The notes: generated from the sequence alone by a model not told the origin. A stretch of DNA of 62,779 nt, filler included, from Globobulimina sp. (GCA_003354225.1; 45 parts of 45 records of this genome joined end to end with filler, not necessarily neighbours in it), one strand, 5' to 3'. Counted from the whole stretch's first letter, positions 23,667 through 36,456 are shown. Made by a program: numbers and translations.

Positions 23667-25164
23667 NNNNNNNNNNNNNNNNNNNNNNNNNNNNNNNNNN
23701 NNNNNNNNNNTTAATTAATTAANNNNNNNNNNNNNNNNNNNNNNNNNNNNNNNNNNNNNNNNNNNNAATCGAAATACAGTACAGTAATGGATTTTACGAT
23801 TTTTGAGAGTGAGCTTCATAATCCATGGTTTTACAGCTGTATTTGCTATTTTTACATAGTTTCGGAGTTCGCGATTTTTGACAGCTTCATAATAGGATGT
23901 AATTGATAATTTTATTGCTATTTTTGCAAGATTATGTGTTTGTTTGCCGTGTTTTATCTCGCAATTTGCCTATTTTACGTTTGTTTGCTTTGTTTATGTA
24001 ATTACATTCACTTATATTCGCCATGAAAGAAACTTACAGTGGCATTGCGTCATCATTGATATAACCTCACCCAGATTCAGCAAGCACCCAGCCAAATTGA
24101 AGTAAAACCTGCAGAACTTTGCGTGAAGCTGATTCCTTGAGAATTCCTCTTCTATTAGTTAATGATACATTATACAAAGACATACAAGCAGATTGTAAGT
24201 ATTTAACGCCACACAGTCAATATTTTAAGTGAATTAACAGCACTTTGAATGAAGCTGGCTCCTTTTGAGATATATCTTTAATATGTAATGTATTTGCAGA
24301 TTATAATAACATATACGTCAGTATATATCAAGTTGAATGGAGCAAATTAACCTACTAGTACAAGGATATTTGCAAGATAACACTACTGTATATTATCCAA
24401 ATGCATTCATATTTATATGTGAACCCTGTGAGAATTATAAAGATCCTAATGAGAATAGCACCAACGTATTATGATAAAGATGCAAGCATGTCATCGAATA
24501 ATAAACAAAAGACACTTTGTTTTGTGAAGCAAATTATACATTTTTAAGGAATATCAAAGACAATATCAATATAATTAATGAATATTAGTGGACTAATATT
24601 GAATTATTTGATCATGTTTGACATAAAATGTAACTTTCTTCAGGGTGAAATCAATGTATTTTTGAAACCAAACTCATTTTACTTGCTTTTGTTGATTTTA
24701 TTTTTATACCTTTAACTTTGAGAAGGAAACTGAAATAATCATCAAACACTACTTTGTACACTCAATCTACATTACAGACACTGAATTTATAAAGAACCAA
24801 GTCAAAAGTAGAGGAGCGCTGAGCTTAATGAGAATTTACTTCAAAAATGAAAAAACAGTTTGATACATAATGCTTCCATTTGCATGATTGGTTTGTACAC
24901 TCATTGTTAAATTTACTGTAGTGTGGTGTGTCCGTGTGACGATTTATGTCATGGAATGATAAGTCTTTCCATTTTAGCAGTGGTAATGATATCAATCATG
25001 GTTTGTATATCTCGCTCAGTGTCGAGTGCGGGGAATGATCCCAAGCCGCCAGCTTCTGAGCCGTNNNNNNNNNNNNNNNNNNNNNNNNNNNNNNNNNNNN
25101 NNNNNNNNTTAATTAATTAANNNNNNNNNNNNNNNNNNNNNNNNNNNNNNNNNNNNNNNNNNNN

Positions 25165-26422
25165 ATTTACATGCAATGTTGCAGCTAAATATGAAATATC
25201 GTCAATGTTGCACTCATCTTTTTTTTCTTCGCCATCAAACACCATCCTTTTCAATCGATTATTCAAATATTGATAAATTGTTAACTTTCCTTTATCACAT
25301 TCTTCCTGCAATGTATATACAAATATAATACAAAACAAAATAATGGATTTCATTCAGATGTTATACCTGTATTTTATCAAAACAATTAAATGATTTTATA
25401 ACATAATCGATTAGAACACCAGTCGCAGACTGCCCACCTTCCAATAACCACAAACCGGGCATTAAGGAGCTATAAAAAGGTCCCCATATTCCATCCACAA
25501 ATACCTTATTTTGTATTGGCATCATATGACAGGTTGATGTCCCACAAATCAATGCAATGCGTTGATATAACTTATAATTAATATCATTCTGCTGTAATGA
25601 CTGGATATCATTACTTCCCAATAAGCCAATAGCACCGCAATGTGCATCAATCATACCAATCGAGACTGATATACCAGATTTTAAACCCATTTCCTGTGCA
25701 GACTGCGCACAAACACCATCGCCAATGGCTTGGCCCAAATCGCCGACGTTTAAGCCAAATTTTTTATAATTGTCTTTAACGATATCTGTTAAGCCAATGT
25801 TGGATAAAAATTCATCATTCCAACCATTGTACGAGTTATAAAATGAATTGTTATCCGTTTTTGATAATAAATCGCTACGAAATGTCCATTTACAGGTCAA
25901 GGTGCATATGGATCGCACGTCGTTTTGAGTGATTTTAAAAGTTAAGAAATCAGCTAAATCCATGAATTTTGCAGCTTGGTTATAAGTATTTGGTTTATTT
26001 TGTTTAAGCCATAATATTTTTGGTATTTCCATTTCCGGCGAGATTTTACCTCCCACAAAAGATAAAATATCATCACATTTCATACTATTTATGAAATTTG
26101 TTTGTTTTATGGCACGATGATCCATCCATAATATGATATTATGTGATGTATTGTTGGTCGGTGACACTGACATCGGTTCGTTGTTGTTATCCAATACAAC
26201 CAATGAACATGTCGCATCAACCCCGATTCCACAGATCTTGTCAATGATATTTGAAATGTTACATTTTCTTAGTATTTCCTTTATTGATATGCATGTTTTG
26301 TGCCATATATTGTCTGATGATTGTTCATAATAATTTGGTTTGGGATTATAAACATCAATGCATTCGCAATGTGAACATAATAAATCCCCGCTCGATGATA
26401 CCAACGCTGCGCGAACACTTGA
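25165..26422 (-). CDS. FGGY: FGGY carbohydrate kinase (D-ribulokinase type), multi-exon, truncated
   Basis: GIGVDATCSLVV, IILWMDHRA, GGKISPEMEIPKILWLK, IDAH, CGTSTCHM, EGGQSATG; next exon ~25165-25305 after an intron. Confidence 0.93.
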
Positions 26423-26665
26423 CTGTGATATATATAGTGCAAATGTGTTATTTAGTGTTTATNNNNNNNNNNNNNNNNNNNNNNNNNNNNNNNNNNNNNN
26501 NNNNNNTTAATTAATTAANNNNNNNNNNNNNNNNNNNNNNNNNNNNNNNNNNNNNNNNNNNNTCATATCAATTCAGTACTCCTAACTCATCACAACTTTG
26601 GTTTTGGTTTAGATTTTCTTACTCTTGGCACTTGGTCAAAATGCAGTCTAAGGTCCGAAGCAAAA

Positions 26666-27598
26666 ATGACTTTATTGGAAGCCGTTATGTCTGCACAGGC
26701 ACGCACTACTCTTTATAGTTATTGTTGCGCTTTTGAACGCTGGCGGCGTTTTGCTCAGCCACTTTCATATTCTGTATTGCCATCAGATCCGCTTCAATTT
26801 TCGTCTTTTCTAAATTCTTTGCAGCACAATAGTCGTAGCGCGGCTACATTACAATTACATTTATCGGCCGTTAGTTGGTGTCATAAGGTTTGTGGTTTTC
26901 CTGATGCTACCGAGCATTTTGTTTGTAAATCGGTCATAAAAGCTCAAAAACGCGTTCCTTTCATAAGTAGACAAAAACGTGAAATTACCAACGATATTCT
27001 TCAGAAATTTGTTTCATATTACTCGCAACCGACACTTACAAATCGTCGTGTTTTGGCATTTAGCCTAGTTTGTTTTTCGGGTTTTCTCCGGTTTTCGGAT
27101 ATTGCAGTGCTTCGTCCCAGGGACGTGAAATTCTTCGATTCTCATATGACAATTTTTCTCAGAAAAAGCAAGACTGATCAGTCAAATCAGGGTCATTTGA
27201 TTCATATATCGAGAACCAATGGGGCGTTGTGCCCAGTAAAGGCTTTATATCTTTATATGTCTCACGGACAGTTGCTGGAAGCACCGGCTCAGGCGTCTGG
27301 TTCGTTATTTCGTGTTATACGTCACGGGAAATCGGGTGAATCTCTTACAAGACAGGCTCTCTCGTATACTCGTGCTAGAGAATTAGTATTACAAGCCTTA
27401 ACGGCAGTGGGCGAAGATGCTAAACAATTTGGTACTCATAGTTTTAGGTCTGGTGGTGCTTCCGCTGCGTCAAATGCCGGTATTTCACATTCTCTTCTGA
27501 AGTCTCATGGCAGGTGGAAATCGGAAAGTGCTAAAGATCGATATATTCGTTCAGATTTGGTTAATAAGCTTCGTATTACACAATGTATAGGTTTATAA
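26666..27598 (+). mobile_element. Tyrosine recombinase of a DIRS/Ngaro-type retrotransposon
   Basis: Catalytic set intact: GFLRFSD (R), KSKTDQ (K), HSFRSGGA (HxxR), HGRWKS, RY (Y); LCPVKAL; frame extends upstream to DFLTLGTW. Confidence 0.92.
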
Positions 27599-28374
27599 TC
27601 GTTTGGAATCATGTAGATGTAGATTTGCATTTTGTTGTATTTCATCAAACTTTGCTTATAATGTTCTGTTACAATGTTAATTGTTCTTGAGTCGAATATG
27701 TACAGTTTTGTTTTGTTGCAGTATTGTTTTGATACTTATGAATTGGGCCAACAATATATCTCTTAGCCGCCGCTTATCTGCTAATCTGAAATAAACTGAC
27801 TTTTTCACTCGTGTTGAAACAATTAAATGTTTTATATTTGGAGCACAGCGGAAAATATAANNNNNNNNNNNNNNNNNNNNNNNNNNNNNNNNNNNNNNNN
27901 NNNNTTAATTAATTAANNNNNNNNNNNNNNNNNNNNNNNNNNNNNNNNNNNNNNNNNNNNACTGGGCTGCCTTTGATTATAAATAATTCGCCACCACGCT
28001 TAATTCTAACTTTGCCATTGCCTTTGGCCTTTTTTTTCATTAATTTGACCAAATATTTTTTGCCTTTGGCTGTAGCAGTTGGTATTCTAATTTTCTTTTC
28101 ATCATCATTTGTTTTGTATGCTTTTGGTTTGGGTTTATTTGGACCCTTTTTGGCCGAATTGAAATGGCATGGATGAAACAGTCCTGCAGTCTTTCTGGCT
28201 GTGGTTGGTTTACTGGGATGAGCAGGGCCACAAGACCTTCTGCCAGTTGTTGGAGTGCGTGGCATTTGGTTTCAATTGGATTGACAAAGTGCCATGGTAT
28301 AGTGTTAGCAGTGCAGTGCAAAGTAGTTGAATTTTAAAAGTTTGTTTGGTAGTACTTTTATGTGTTTCAACGTG

Positions 28375-29210
28375 AAATAAAATGCAGCTGAAATGCATGA
28401 CATTTTCTTTCAAAATGTCATGCATTTCAGCTGCAACAACTCATAATCATAAAATATTTAGTAATACAATTTGATTGGTTGATTAATTATTTATTAACAC
28501 AATCATCGCCTGGCATCTTCCCAAACTGCCGATACATTGAAATGTAAAAACATATGAATATCACTGCATAAACCAAGTTTCTATCTTTTCCTCCATATAA
28601 GATAATCATTTTTCGTCGCACCTCCATCCAAATTCGTTTAAAATTCCATCGTTCATACTCTGTCAGTTCAGTGTCAACATCCAGTATTTCCATCGTCCAT
28701 ACTCCATACTGCGCGATCATTAAATGACATATTTGATTGACAGCTCCATAAACCTGTCAAATCGCAACAGTAATATTACATAAATGAACAAAGCAACTAC
28801 AATAACTCTGATACCATACTAAATTTATGTTTCAATCTTCCAAACGTTCATTTCTACCAAATTGTCTGTATTTTCATGCATTCCCATTGAATACTATCCA
28901 TTCTTGCACGCGATGATAAATTAAATTTGTGAAATCTTTCATTTCGAACCGTTGTTATCCACTTTCTCAGATTCGAGGATATCTTCAAAGGTTTAAAAAT
29001 AAAGCGGCCATTTTATATCATCAGTGAAGAACACAACAAAACATACAAATAATTTGCCATCCCAAAGGAATCCATTCATTCAAAATCAATTAGCACATCC
29101 AAAAGCAATTCATTCATTCAAAATCAATTATTTTATGATTATGAGTTATTACAGCTGAAATACATGACATTTTGTTTGAAAATGTCATGTATTTCAGCTG
29201 CATTTATTTT
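28375..29210. mobile_element. Putative non-autonomous element bounded by ~85-bp inverted repeats, each containing a perfect hairpin
   Basis: Left IR ~28375-28457 (24-bp stem, 5-nt loop at 28383-28435); right IR ~29129-29210 (22-bp stem, 5-nt loop at 29152-29200). Confidence 0.6.
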
Positions 29211-29357
29211 AAACACATCATTTATTTTGAATGAATGTATTCAATTTATATTTAAACNNNNNNNNNNNNNNNNNNNNNNNNNNNNNNNNNNNNNNNNNNN
29301 NTTAATTAATTAANNNNNNNNNNNNNNNNNNNNNNNNNNNNNNNNNNNNNNNNNNNN

Positions 29358-30654
29358 TTTCACTAAGAATGTCCTGAACGGTTTGTCAGAAGTATTGATA
29401 TTTATTGTTGATAAATGCAAAGAGGATGAGAATAAACTCAATAAAATAAAAGATATTATCAAAACAAATGAGCCATCCCCGTCCACCGAAAGCAACATTG
29501 GAATTGGCAACATTTCTTCCTTTGATATGTTATCAAATTCATCCATTCAAAATGTTTGTAGCTTTTTGGAAAGAAGCGATGTAAAAATGTTCAAGTTGAC
29601 TTGCTATGATATTTGTGTGATATGCCACAATTATATGAATTTGTACAAATTTGGAATTTGCAATGTCCGAAAATTGTATCTTTATCCATCCTTTTATTCA
29701 AATATTACATATATAAATTACAAAAAAATGATGAATTATGCCGTATATCATCCATCGAGAACCATCTATTCATTGCAAGAAGAATTTGAGAAAATTCACA
29801 AAATTCCAATCAAATATCAATATTTGAGCGACAAAAGAGATTTAAAACAATCAATGTTTGAGCGGCAAATATCAATATCGTCCGATGAAGAGTCGTCCGA
29901 TGAATCTGAAAACGCAAATAATTTCGGCTCAATGTTGGTGGCAGATTTTGAGCGCAGCAGAAGGAGATTATTTTTATTTGACACGAGGACCGTTGTAGTG
30001 ATATCTGACAACAATTCTATCCCAAAAGTAATGGCTGAATGTGATGATAAGTTTGCAAACGAACTTCGAAATATTCACTGGAAATTCGAAATATTACAAT
30101 ATTTTGATGTTGCAAAACAAGTGTTGTATCCGCTACAGATTTTGTTGCTTCATGAAAATGTTACGGCTGCGACTGTTGTAAATTATGTGGAGAAGAATTT
30201 TATTGTAACATGCAGAAAACAGCAAGAATGGTCGGACTATTTCAGATGTCCAGCACTGTCATTATACAGAAACATTGTTAGTGATTCAAGTGATTCAATG
30301 TCCAGCACTGTTAGTAATTCAATGCGTGACATTGAATTTGTTGCATCCGATCAGAAGATATTCCAATTGGCGACCAATGATTACAGAATCGAAATGTTAT
30401 TCATTGAAACCGATATGTTATTCAATAAAGTCAGAAACAACAGTTCCAACACCGACATCCCCAATGATTGGAGTTTAATTTTGAAACAACATTATCAAAC
30501 AACAGAGCGTGTGTTCTGTGAAACTGCATCGCAATTTGCAAGAAAACTTAACTCTTTGTTTGCAATCGAGATTAAATATTTACACAATGCATCCATATTA
30601 AAATCGCATTTAAATCAATTATCATCGGTTAATGTGGATGCATTTACAATATTT
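29358..30654 (+). CDS. Hypothetical protein with possible F-box-like segment, truncated at both ends
   Basis: >420-aa open frame; FDMLSNSSIQNVCSFLERSDVKMFKLTC resembles an F-box. Confidence 0.5.
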
Positions 30655-30805
30655 NNNNNNNNNNNNNNNNNNNNNNNNNNNNNNNNNNNNNNNNNNNNTT
30701 AATTAATTAANNNNNNNNNNNNNNNNNNNNNNNNNNNNNNNNNNNNNNNNNNNNCAAAACTTTTAATTTCCTAAAAACACTCTTTTTTTCGATTTTTTGG
30801 ATTCC

Positions 30806-30980
30806 CTGAAAACAATATTTCCGTGAAAACAATAATTCCCATGATTCCCTTAAAAAAATAATTCCGATGATTCTCTTAAAAACAATAATTCCGATGATTC
30901 CCTTAAAAACAATAATTTCCATATTCCCTTAAAAACAATAATTTCCATGATTCCAATGAAACAAATAATTTCGTGATTCT
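30806..30980 (+). repeat. Degenerate ~27-28 bp tandem repeat (~6 copies) upstream of the transposase
   Basis: AAAACAATAATT(T/C)C(C/G)ATGATTCCCTT units head to tail without unique spacers. Confidence 0.85.
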
Positions 30981-31020
30981 GTAAAAATTCAAATATATTT
31001 GTTCCTTGTTGGTTGATATA

Positions 31021-32023
31021 ATGCCAGCAGCATTACCACACGCGTTACGAAAGAGAATTCTGTATGTTTACGGTTACAATCAGTGCAGAAAGAAATATTC
31101 TAAGCAATTAAATTATGAGAAGACAGCGAAAAGGTTATTGGTATCAGTGTCGTCTGTTAAGAAATATGTTAACTTATTTTTACGTAGTGGATCATTACGC
31201 ACATATTATGAAATAAATGATATTACACATGGTCGGAAAACTAAATATACATCCATGGATTTAGTAATATTAAAAACAATAATATATAAAGATCGTACTC
31301 TTTTTTTGGATGAAATACAACTTGAAATGATGAAAAATGCAAGGAAATATTATTCGATATCGGTTATTGTCCGGATGCTAAATAAAATTAATTATACACG
31401 AAAAAAAACGTCAAAAGGAGGATTTCATTGGAAATATAGGGACGTTGCATTGTATTTCAAACAATTAAAAGAATTAAGAATAAAGAAATCGCATTTGGTG
31501 TTTGCAGATGAATCATATTGTCATGATAGAATGGCAAATAGAAATTATGGTAGATCATTAAAGTATGTTGATTTGTAATCGGACTTTACATTTTCAGTTT
31601 TGAACTATGACTTGAAGGGGTACCAGAGTAACATTTAGATTTTTATTCTCAAAAGGAACACGGTATAGTATCATTGCAGCGAGGAGTTCCAGTGGATTAT
31701 TGGCATACAGACTACAAACTGCGAATACAAATGCTCGAGAATTTATAAATTTTGTAGTTAGTAGTTTGATACCAAAAATGAATGCGTTTCCAGGACCAAA
31801 CTCAGTGTTAGTTGTAGACAATGCGAGTTATCATAAGGACGGTACTTTAAAAAGTGTTTTGGAGCAATATGGAATGAAGCTATTATTTTTACCTCCATAT
31901 TCACCGTATTTAAACCCAATTGAGTTGGATTTTAATACAATCAAACAATATATAAAAAGACATTATATGGCGGCAAGACAAGATGCATATCGAACATTTG
32001 ACTTTTTAGGCTTAAACTTCTAA
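31021..32023 (+). mobile_element. IS630/Tc1/mariner transposase (DD34E) split by a 55-nt intron
   Basis: N-terminal HTH; FADES (D1); intron GTATGT...TTGAAG at 31563-31617 joins the frames; VVDNASYH (D2) and LPPYSPYLNPIE (E) with 34 residues between D2 and E. Confidence 0.9.
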
Positions 32024-32153
32024 ACACTTCTTTTGTGATTGGCAAGATTGTNNNNNNNNNNNNNNNNNNNNNNNNNNNNNNNNNNNNNNNNNNNNTTAAT
32101 TAATTAANNNNNNNNNNNNNNNNNNNNNNNNNNNNNNNNNNNNNNNNNNNNGA

Positions 32154-32390
32154 TTAAAGGCCGCAAAAGAACGGGGCCGTGTCGGTGGCCGTGATTGGAA
32201 GCACAGGGCCGATAAGATAGCCAAGTTTAAACGCTCGCTAGATAATGGCACGCTTGAAATGGAGGACGTTCTAGGCGCTTTGAAATTCGGGGTTTCTAGC
32301 TGGTATCGAAACGTACAACGCCCCGATGTTCAGAAGTTACTAAATGAACACACCGGCGCTAATGACAGACGAGTTAATACTGAAACATAG
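32154..32390 (+). CDS. Serine recombinase (resolvase/invertase) C-terminus with HTH, 5' truncated
   Basis: LKAAKERGRVGGR arm motif, then HTH-like EDVLGALKFGVSSWYR; stop TAG at 32388-32390. Confidence 0.75.
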   Translation, partial: LKAAKERGRVGGRDWKHRADKIAKFKRSLDNGTLEMEDVLGALKFGVSSWYRNVQRPDVQKLLNEHTGANDRRVNTET

Positions 32391-32404
32391 GAGGATTGAA
32401 AGCT

Positions 32405-32704
32405 ATGGACAACAGAACCATTGAATTAATTCAGGCAATTAAACCAATCACAGATCAAGACCCTCAAATTATATTCCGAGGTCATGCGGCTGATATGGCA
32501 GAGATTAAGCCAATCTATGTGGATGAATTTATGCAAATACGAAAAGCACTAGAGGCATTCGGAACCGAAGACAAACTACGGTTCGGGTTTAAGAAGAAAC
32601 GTGTTCAGGGGCCGCTTTTTATGGTGTGGCGCGAGTGGTGGGAGAACGGCGAGGTCACTTTCGCAAAGGTTTTATTCAATAGCGTAAATTGGATCAAAAT
32701 GTAA
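32405..32704 (+). CDS. Small phage-like hypothetical protein
   Basis: GGAGGA Shine-Dalgarno upstream; 99 aa; part of a dense co-directional ORF run. Confidence 0.65.
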   Translation: MDNRTIELIQAIKPITDQDPQIIFRGHAADMAEIKPIYVDEFMQIRKALEAFGTEDKLRFGFKKKRVQGPLFMVWREWWENGEVTFAKVLFNSVNWIKM

Positions 32705-32730
32705 CTACGATCAACGAGGAGTAACAGCCA

Positions 32731-32889
32731 GTGGGCAACACATACACCGTAGAAGTTTGGCACAAGGACGAAGCCCTAGGATACCGCTACGACGATTACT
32801 ATAGGGGTGAGAGCCTTCTAGTGGCGGGTTGGATGATGTTGAAAGCCAAACGTGATGGATACAAGTGCGTCAAGTTTGAATGGCGATAA
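32731..32889 (+). CDS. Small phage-like hypothetical protein (52 aa)
   Basis: GAGGAG SD, GTG start, MGNTYTVEVW...YKCVKFEWR. Confidence 0.6.
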   Translation: MGNTYTVEVWHKDEALGYRYDDYYRGESLLVAGWMMLKAKRDGYKCVKFEWR

Positions 32890-32907
32890 CAAACGAGGCC
32901 TAATTTT

Positions 32908-33060
32908 ATGGATGAACTAAAAGAAATTGAAAGTCTGCGCGACGAAGCAATAAACGCCGTTCGATTACTGGCGGATAGAACAATCGGCAAAGGAATTGCC
33001 AGTGAAGCGTTAGACCAAATTCAAACCGAAGTGGATGCCGCTAAATCGGCACTCGCTTAA
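32908..33060 (+). CDS. Small phage-like hypothetical protein (50 aa)
   Basis: GAGG SD, MDELKEIESLRDEAINAVR helical ORF. Confidence 0.55.
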   Translation: MDELKEIESLRDEAINAVRLLADRTIGKGIASEALDQIQTEVDAAKSALA

Positions 33061-33082
33061 ACGAGGATTGAAAGGAAATATT

Positions 33083-33268
33083 ATGAGTGAAGGACAAGGT
33101 GATTTTATGGGCGATAATTTGGGTAGTGACCCTGATTATTTACTTGAAGAAGCAAAATCTGATTTACGCCGTGGCTTGATTACATCCGTTCAATTTGACC
33201 GGAAGATGGAGCGCATCCAGCGGATTGAAGAACGGAACGAAGAACGCGATTACGATTGCGAATACTAA
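33083..33268 (+). CDS. Small acidic phage-like hypothetical protein
   Basis: AAGGA SD, MSEGQGDFMGDNLGSDPDY. Confidence 0.6.
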   Translation: MSEGQGDFMGDNLGSDPDYLLEEAKSDLRRGLITSVQFDRKMERIQRIEERNEERDYDCEY

Positions 33269-33320
33269 CTACCGTAAACGAGCGTTTTAATTATTTAACC
33301 CACTAACCAAAGGAATACCA

Positions 33321-33448
33321 ATGTCAAAAGAACTAACAGAAGACCAAGCGGAAAATATGATTTCTTATATGAATGCCATAGATGAAGTAACCGGAGTTTG
33401 GCCCCAAATTGAAAAGTCTATGAAAGAAGCTGGCGTGGAAGACCCCGA
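33321..33448 (+). CDS. Small phage-like hypothetical protein, 3' truncated
   Basis: AAGGA SD, MSKELTEDQAENMISYM. Confidence 0.55.
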
Positions 33449-33548
33449 NNNNNNNNNNNNNNNNNNNNNNNNNNNNNNNNNNNNNNNNNNNNTTAATTAA
33501 TTAANNNNNNNNNNNNNNNNNNNNNNNNNNNNNNNNNNNNNNNNNNNN

Positions 33549-34651
33549 CTCAAAGCGTACAGAAAAAGGTGTCCTCGTCGGCGGATTATATGACTGCTTT
33601 GAAGTTCAATGCCTTTGGCAATAAACTCTGCGGCATGTCGCAGAATGGCAACTTATATCTATGGCATTTTAACGTGCCGCGTTCGATTTTTCGCAGGGAA
33701 TTTCGTGCCTATTATTCACAACATTGTCATGACAAATTTGGCGCGGATTTGGTATTTATTCGAGGCTCATCGTGCATTGCCACAGCTGGCGAATCGACAA
33801 ATAACTCCAATGTGTGTATTTGGGATTTGCTGTTTGGTGAACGATCGCGTTCATTGATTCGCCAATATGTTTGTTATGAAGGGTCGGGCGCGAATTGTAT
33901 TGAATATATATCTTCCATTGACAGCATCATAGTGGGTGGCCACAAAGGCATTTTGCATATGTTTGACAAACGCATTCCGTTTCCAATCTTGAAATGGGAG
34001 CACGGACAGTCTCGGATATGGAGGTTGTCGCACTTTAAAGCTACGAATGAATTACTTGTTGGCACGTTGGAGGGCCATGTCTCTCTATGGGATGTCCGGA
34101 AGTTGTACAACAAATCGACGTTATACTGCTCGAGCACAAATACATTGGCGGGCAGTATGGATGACAGTGCTATCAATATCATGAAGTTTAACGACTTGAC
34201 AGTTCCTACTGCTGCGGCGCAAGGGTTGCAGTCACAAAACCCACTGCCTTTTGTGCAGAGTAAATCTGCGACGGATACTCCATTGCAAAAAACAACATCG
34301 TCTGATAGTAATAAATCAGATGGGAACCGAGACGAAGAGGAAGCAAATGGTATGAATGGCATTGCGAATAGGAACCATCCGACATCATTATCTTATGCGT
34401 CGTTGGGCAATCCGGCCGTAACTAATTATGTGAAACCCATTGATTTGGATAATGAGTGCATTGTAAATGAATGGAAGCTGTTTCAACGGAAAACGTTTTT
34501 AAATCATACTTTTGGGGCTGCCTCGCAACTCGGTTATGTTGCGTCTGTCGGCCTGACTCATTCTATTTGGACGGAGAAAGGAAATATTTTGTGTACGGGA
34601 TCTGATGGCACTGTCAAATATTTACGAAGAAAAAGCAAAATGCAAAAATAA
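33549..34651 (+). CDS. C-terminal WD40 propeller of a DmX-like/Rabconnectin-3/RAVE subunit, 5' truncated
   Basis: FNAFGNKLCG...LYLW, IATAGESTNNSNVCIWDLL, IIVGGHKG, CTGSDGTVK. Confidence 0.78.
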
Positions 34652-34997
34652 TTGTAAAACGAACTGGAAAAAAATACTACTAACTTTAAAACCATTTAGT
34701 TATTTTGCCACGTCTATCTTGCCATCCTCGCAGTTCAGTACACTAATTTAAACCAAATGTTATATACATTCCATGCACGCCGTGATATGATAACACTCGA
34801 AAATGGTGACAATACAAATGTGGTACGCAAGTAATTATCGTGGGANNNNNNNNNNNNNNNNNNNNNNNNNNNNNNNNNNNNNNNNNNNNTTAATTAATTA
34901 ANNNNNNNNNNNNNNNNNNNNNNNNNNNNNNNNNNNNNNNNNNNNATATAGATACTTATAAACATATAATTTCTATTATTTTGCTGTGTTATACAGA

Positions 34998-36213
34998 TAC
35001 TTAAATTGGAGAATGCATTACGAGAAAGAGACGAAGATAACGATGGCGCATTAGACCTGGAAGAATTTACCGAGGCTTTACACGAAATTGACAGCCGTGT
35101 CGACCATAATGATTTAAAACATATATTTGAAATTTTAATCGATGAGAATGGGAATTCAAGTGCTGATCTTAATGAGTTATCCATTGATACATTTATGCGT
35201 TATATCCGTAATGCATATTCGCGGCGGTCTGGATCACTTGATTCGAATGCGACCGTTCATATGAATATGATATCCGTCGTATCGCCCACACCGATGACAG
35301 TTTTTAGGGGTGCGTTCCCTGACATTTTTGGTGATATCCATGATATTGAAAACCGAGAAGTGTGGGGTGATGAACAGGTTTGTGCAGTAACACAGTTATA
35401 TCACTTGTATGGTATACAAAATGCGAAATAAATATATTTTTTGTTTTCAAAGAGCCCGATGCAAAAATTAGAGACAGAGTTACAGGAAGAAGCGGGGAAT
35501 GAGGGCGTGATTGATTTCCCTGAATTTGAAGCCGCCATAAATAGCATTGGCATTAATTTAAATAAGCAACAATTAAAAAAACTATTTGCACATTTTTTAG
35601 GTGAGCAAGACTGTGATAATAATATGTCATCAATGCATAAAAAATACGAAGTACAACTTGCGTTTTTAATGGATTATCTCAAGAGAAAAGTGGAGAATCA
35701 TCAACATTTACAACCAAAACAAATATTACAATTAGCTTTTATGGATTTGTTATTAAATGAAAATTTATTAAATAAACGGAGTTCATTTTTGGAGACTGAT
35801 GATGATGACGACTGTAAACTGCATGAAATTGATGATGACACTGATGATGGCGACGATTCGTGTCAAGAATTTGCCAGACATGCGTATGAAGTCAGTGATA
35901 ATCCAAATTCATCAGGTTTTTTAAGGTACGGTGTTTGTCGCCATTATGTTCTAGTAAAAAACTTTCAAAAATCATTTTGAAAAACCTTTCTGTCCCTGAC
36001 ATAAGCGATACGTTTGTTGTGTTGTGTGAATGTTTCAGTATAACAAAGGGGGATCGACAGTTAATGCGTCAATCATCGAGTTTCCATTGGACAGAGATGG
36101 AGGTAGAACAACAAAAAGAAGAAATGGAGAATCAACTTAAACTCATGCAACAACAAAGTAGTGGTAATTTAGCAAATATTAATGGCAATGCATCATTTGT
36201 ACCTTACAAATAA
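34998..36213 (+). CDS. EF-hand calcium-binding protein, multi-exon fragment
   Basis: DEDNDGALDLEEF and NEGVIDFPEFE EF loops; GT-AG introns near 35378-35452 and after ~35926. Confidence 0.75.
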
Positions 36214-36456
36214 TATTATTGTATATTCAGAAATTGCCTTTTNNNNNNNNNNNNNNNNNNNNNNNNNNNNNNNNNNNNNNNNNNNNTTAATTAATTAANN
36301 NNNNNNNNNNNNNNNNNNNNNNNNNNNNNNNNNNNNNNNNNNCAAAAACATTTTTTTAATTTTCACATTTAAATATCACAAACAAAAAAACTAATTTAAT
36401 TTTTTCATTAAGAGAATAAACAGATACAAATAAGATTTTTTAGTTTTGTTTTGTGC

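Noticed and set aside
23767-25064. Non-coding contig with a weak tRNA/SINE-like end (~25020-25064, minus strand)
   Set aside because: Too degenerate and truncated to support a call; no credible ORF
30806-30980. CRISPR-like array
   Set aside because: Head-to-tail degenerate repeats without unique spacers, no cas genes, eukaryotic transposon context
19573-32390. RT, tyrosine recombinase, transposase and serine recombinase as one composite mobile or defence system
   Set aside because: Each lies on a different contig; their adjacency is artificial
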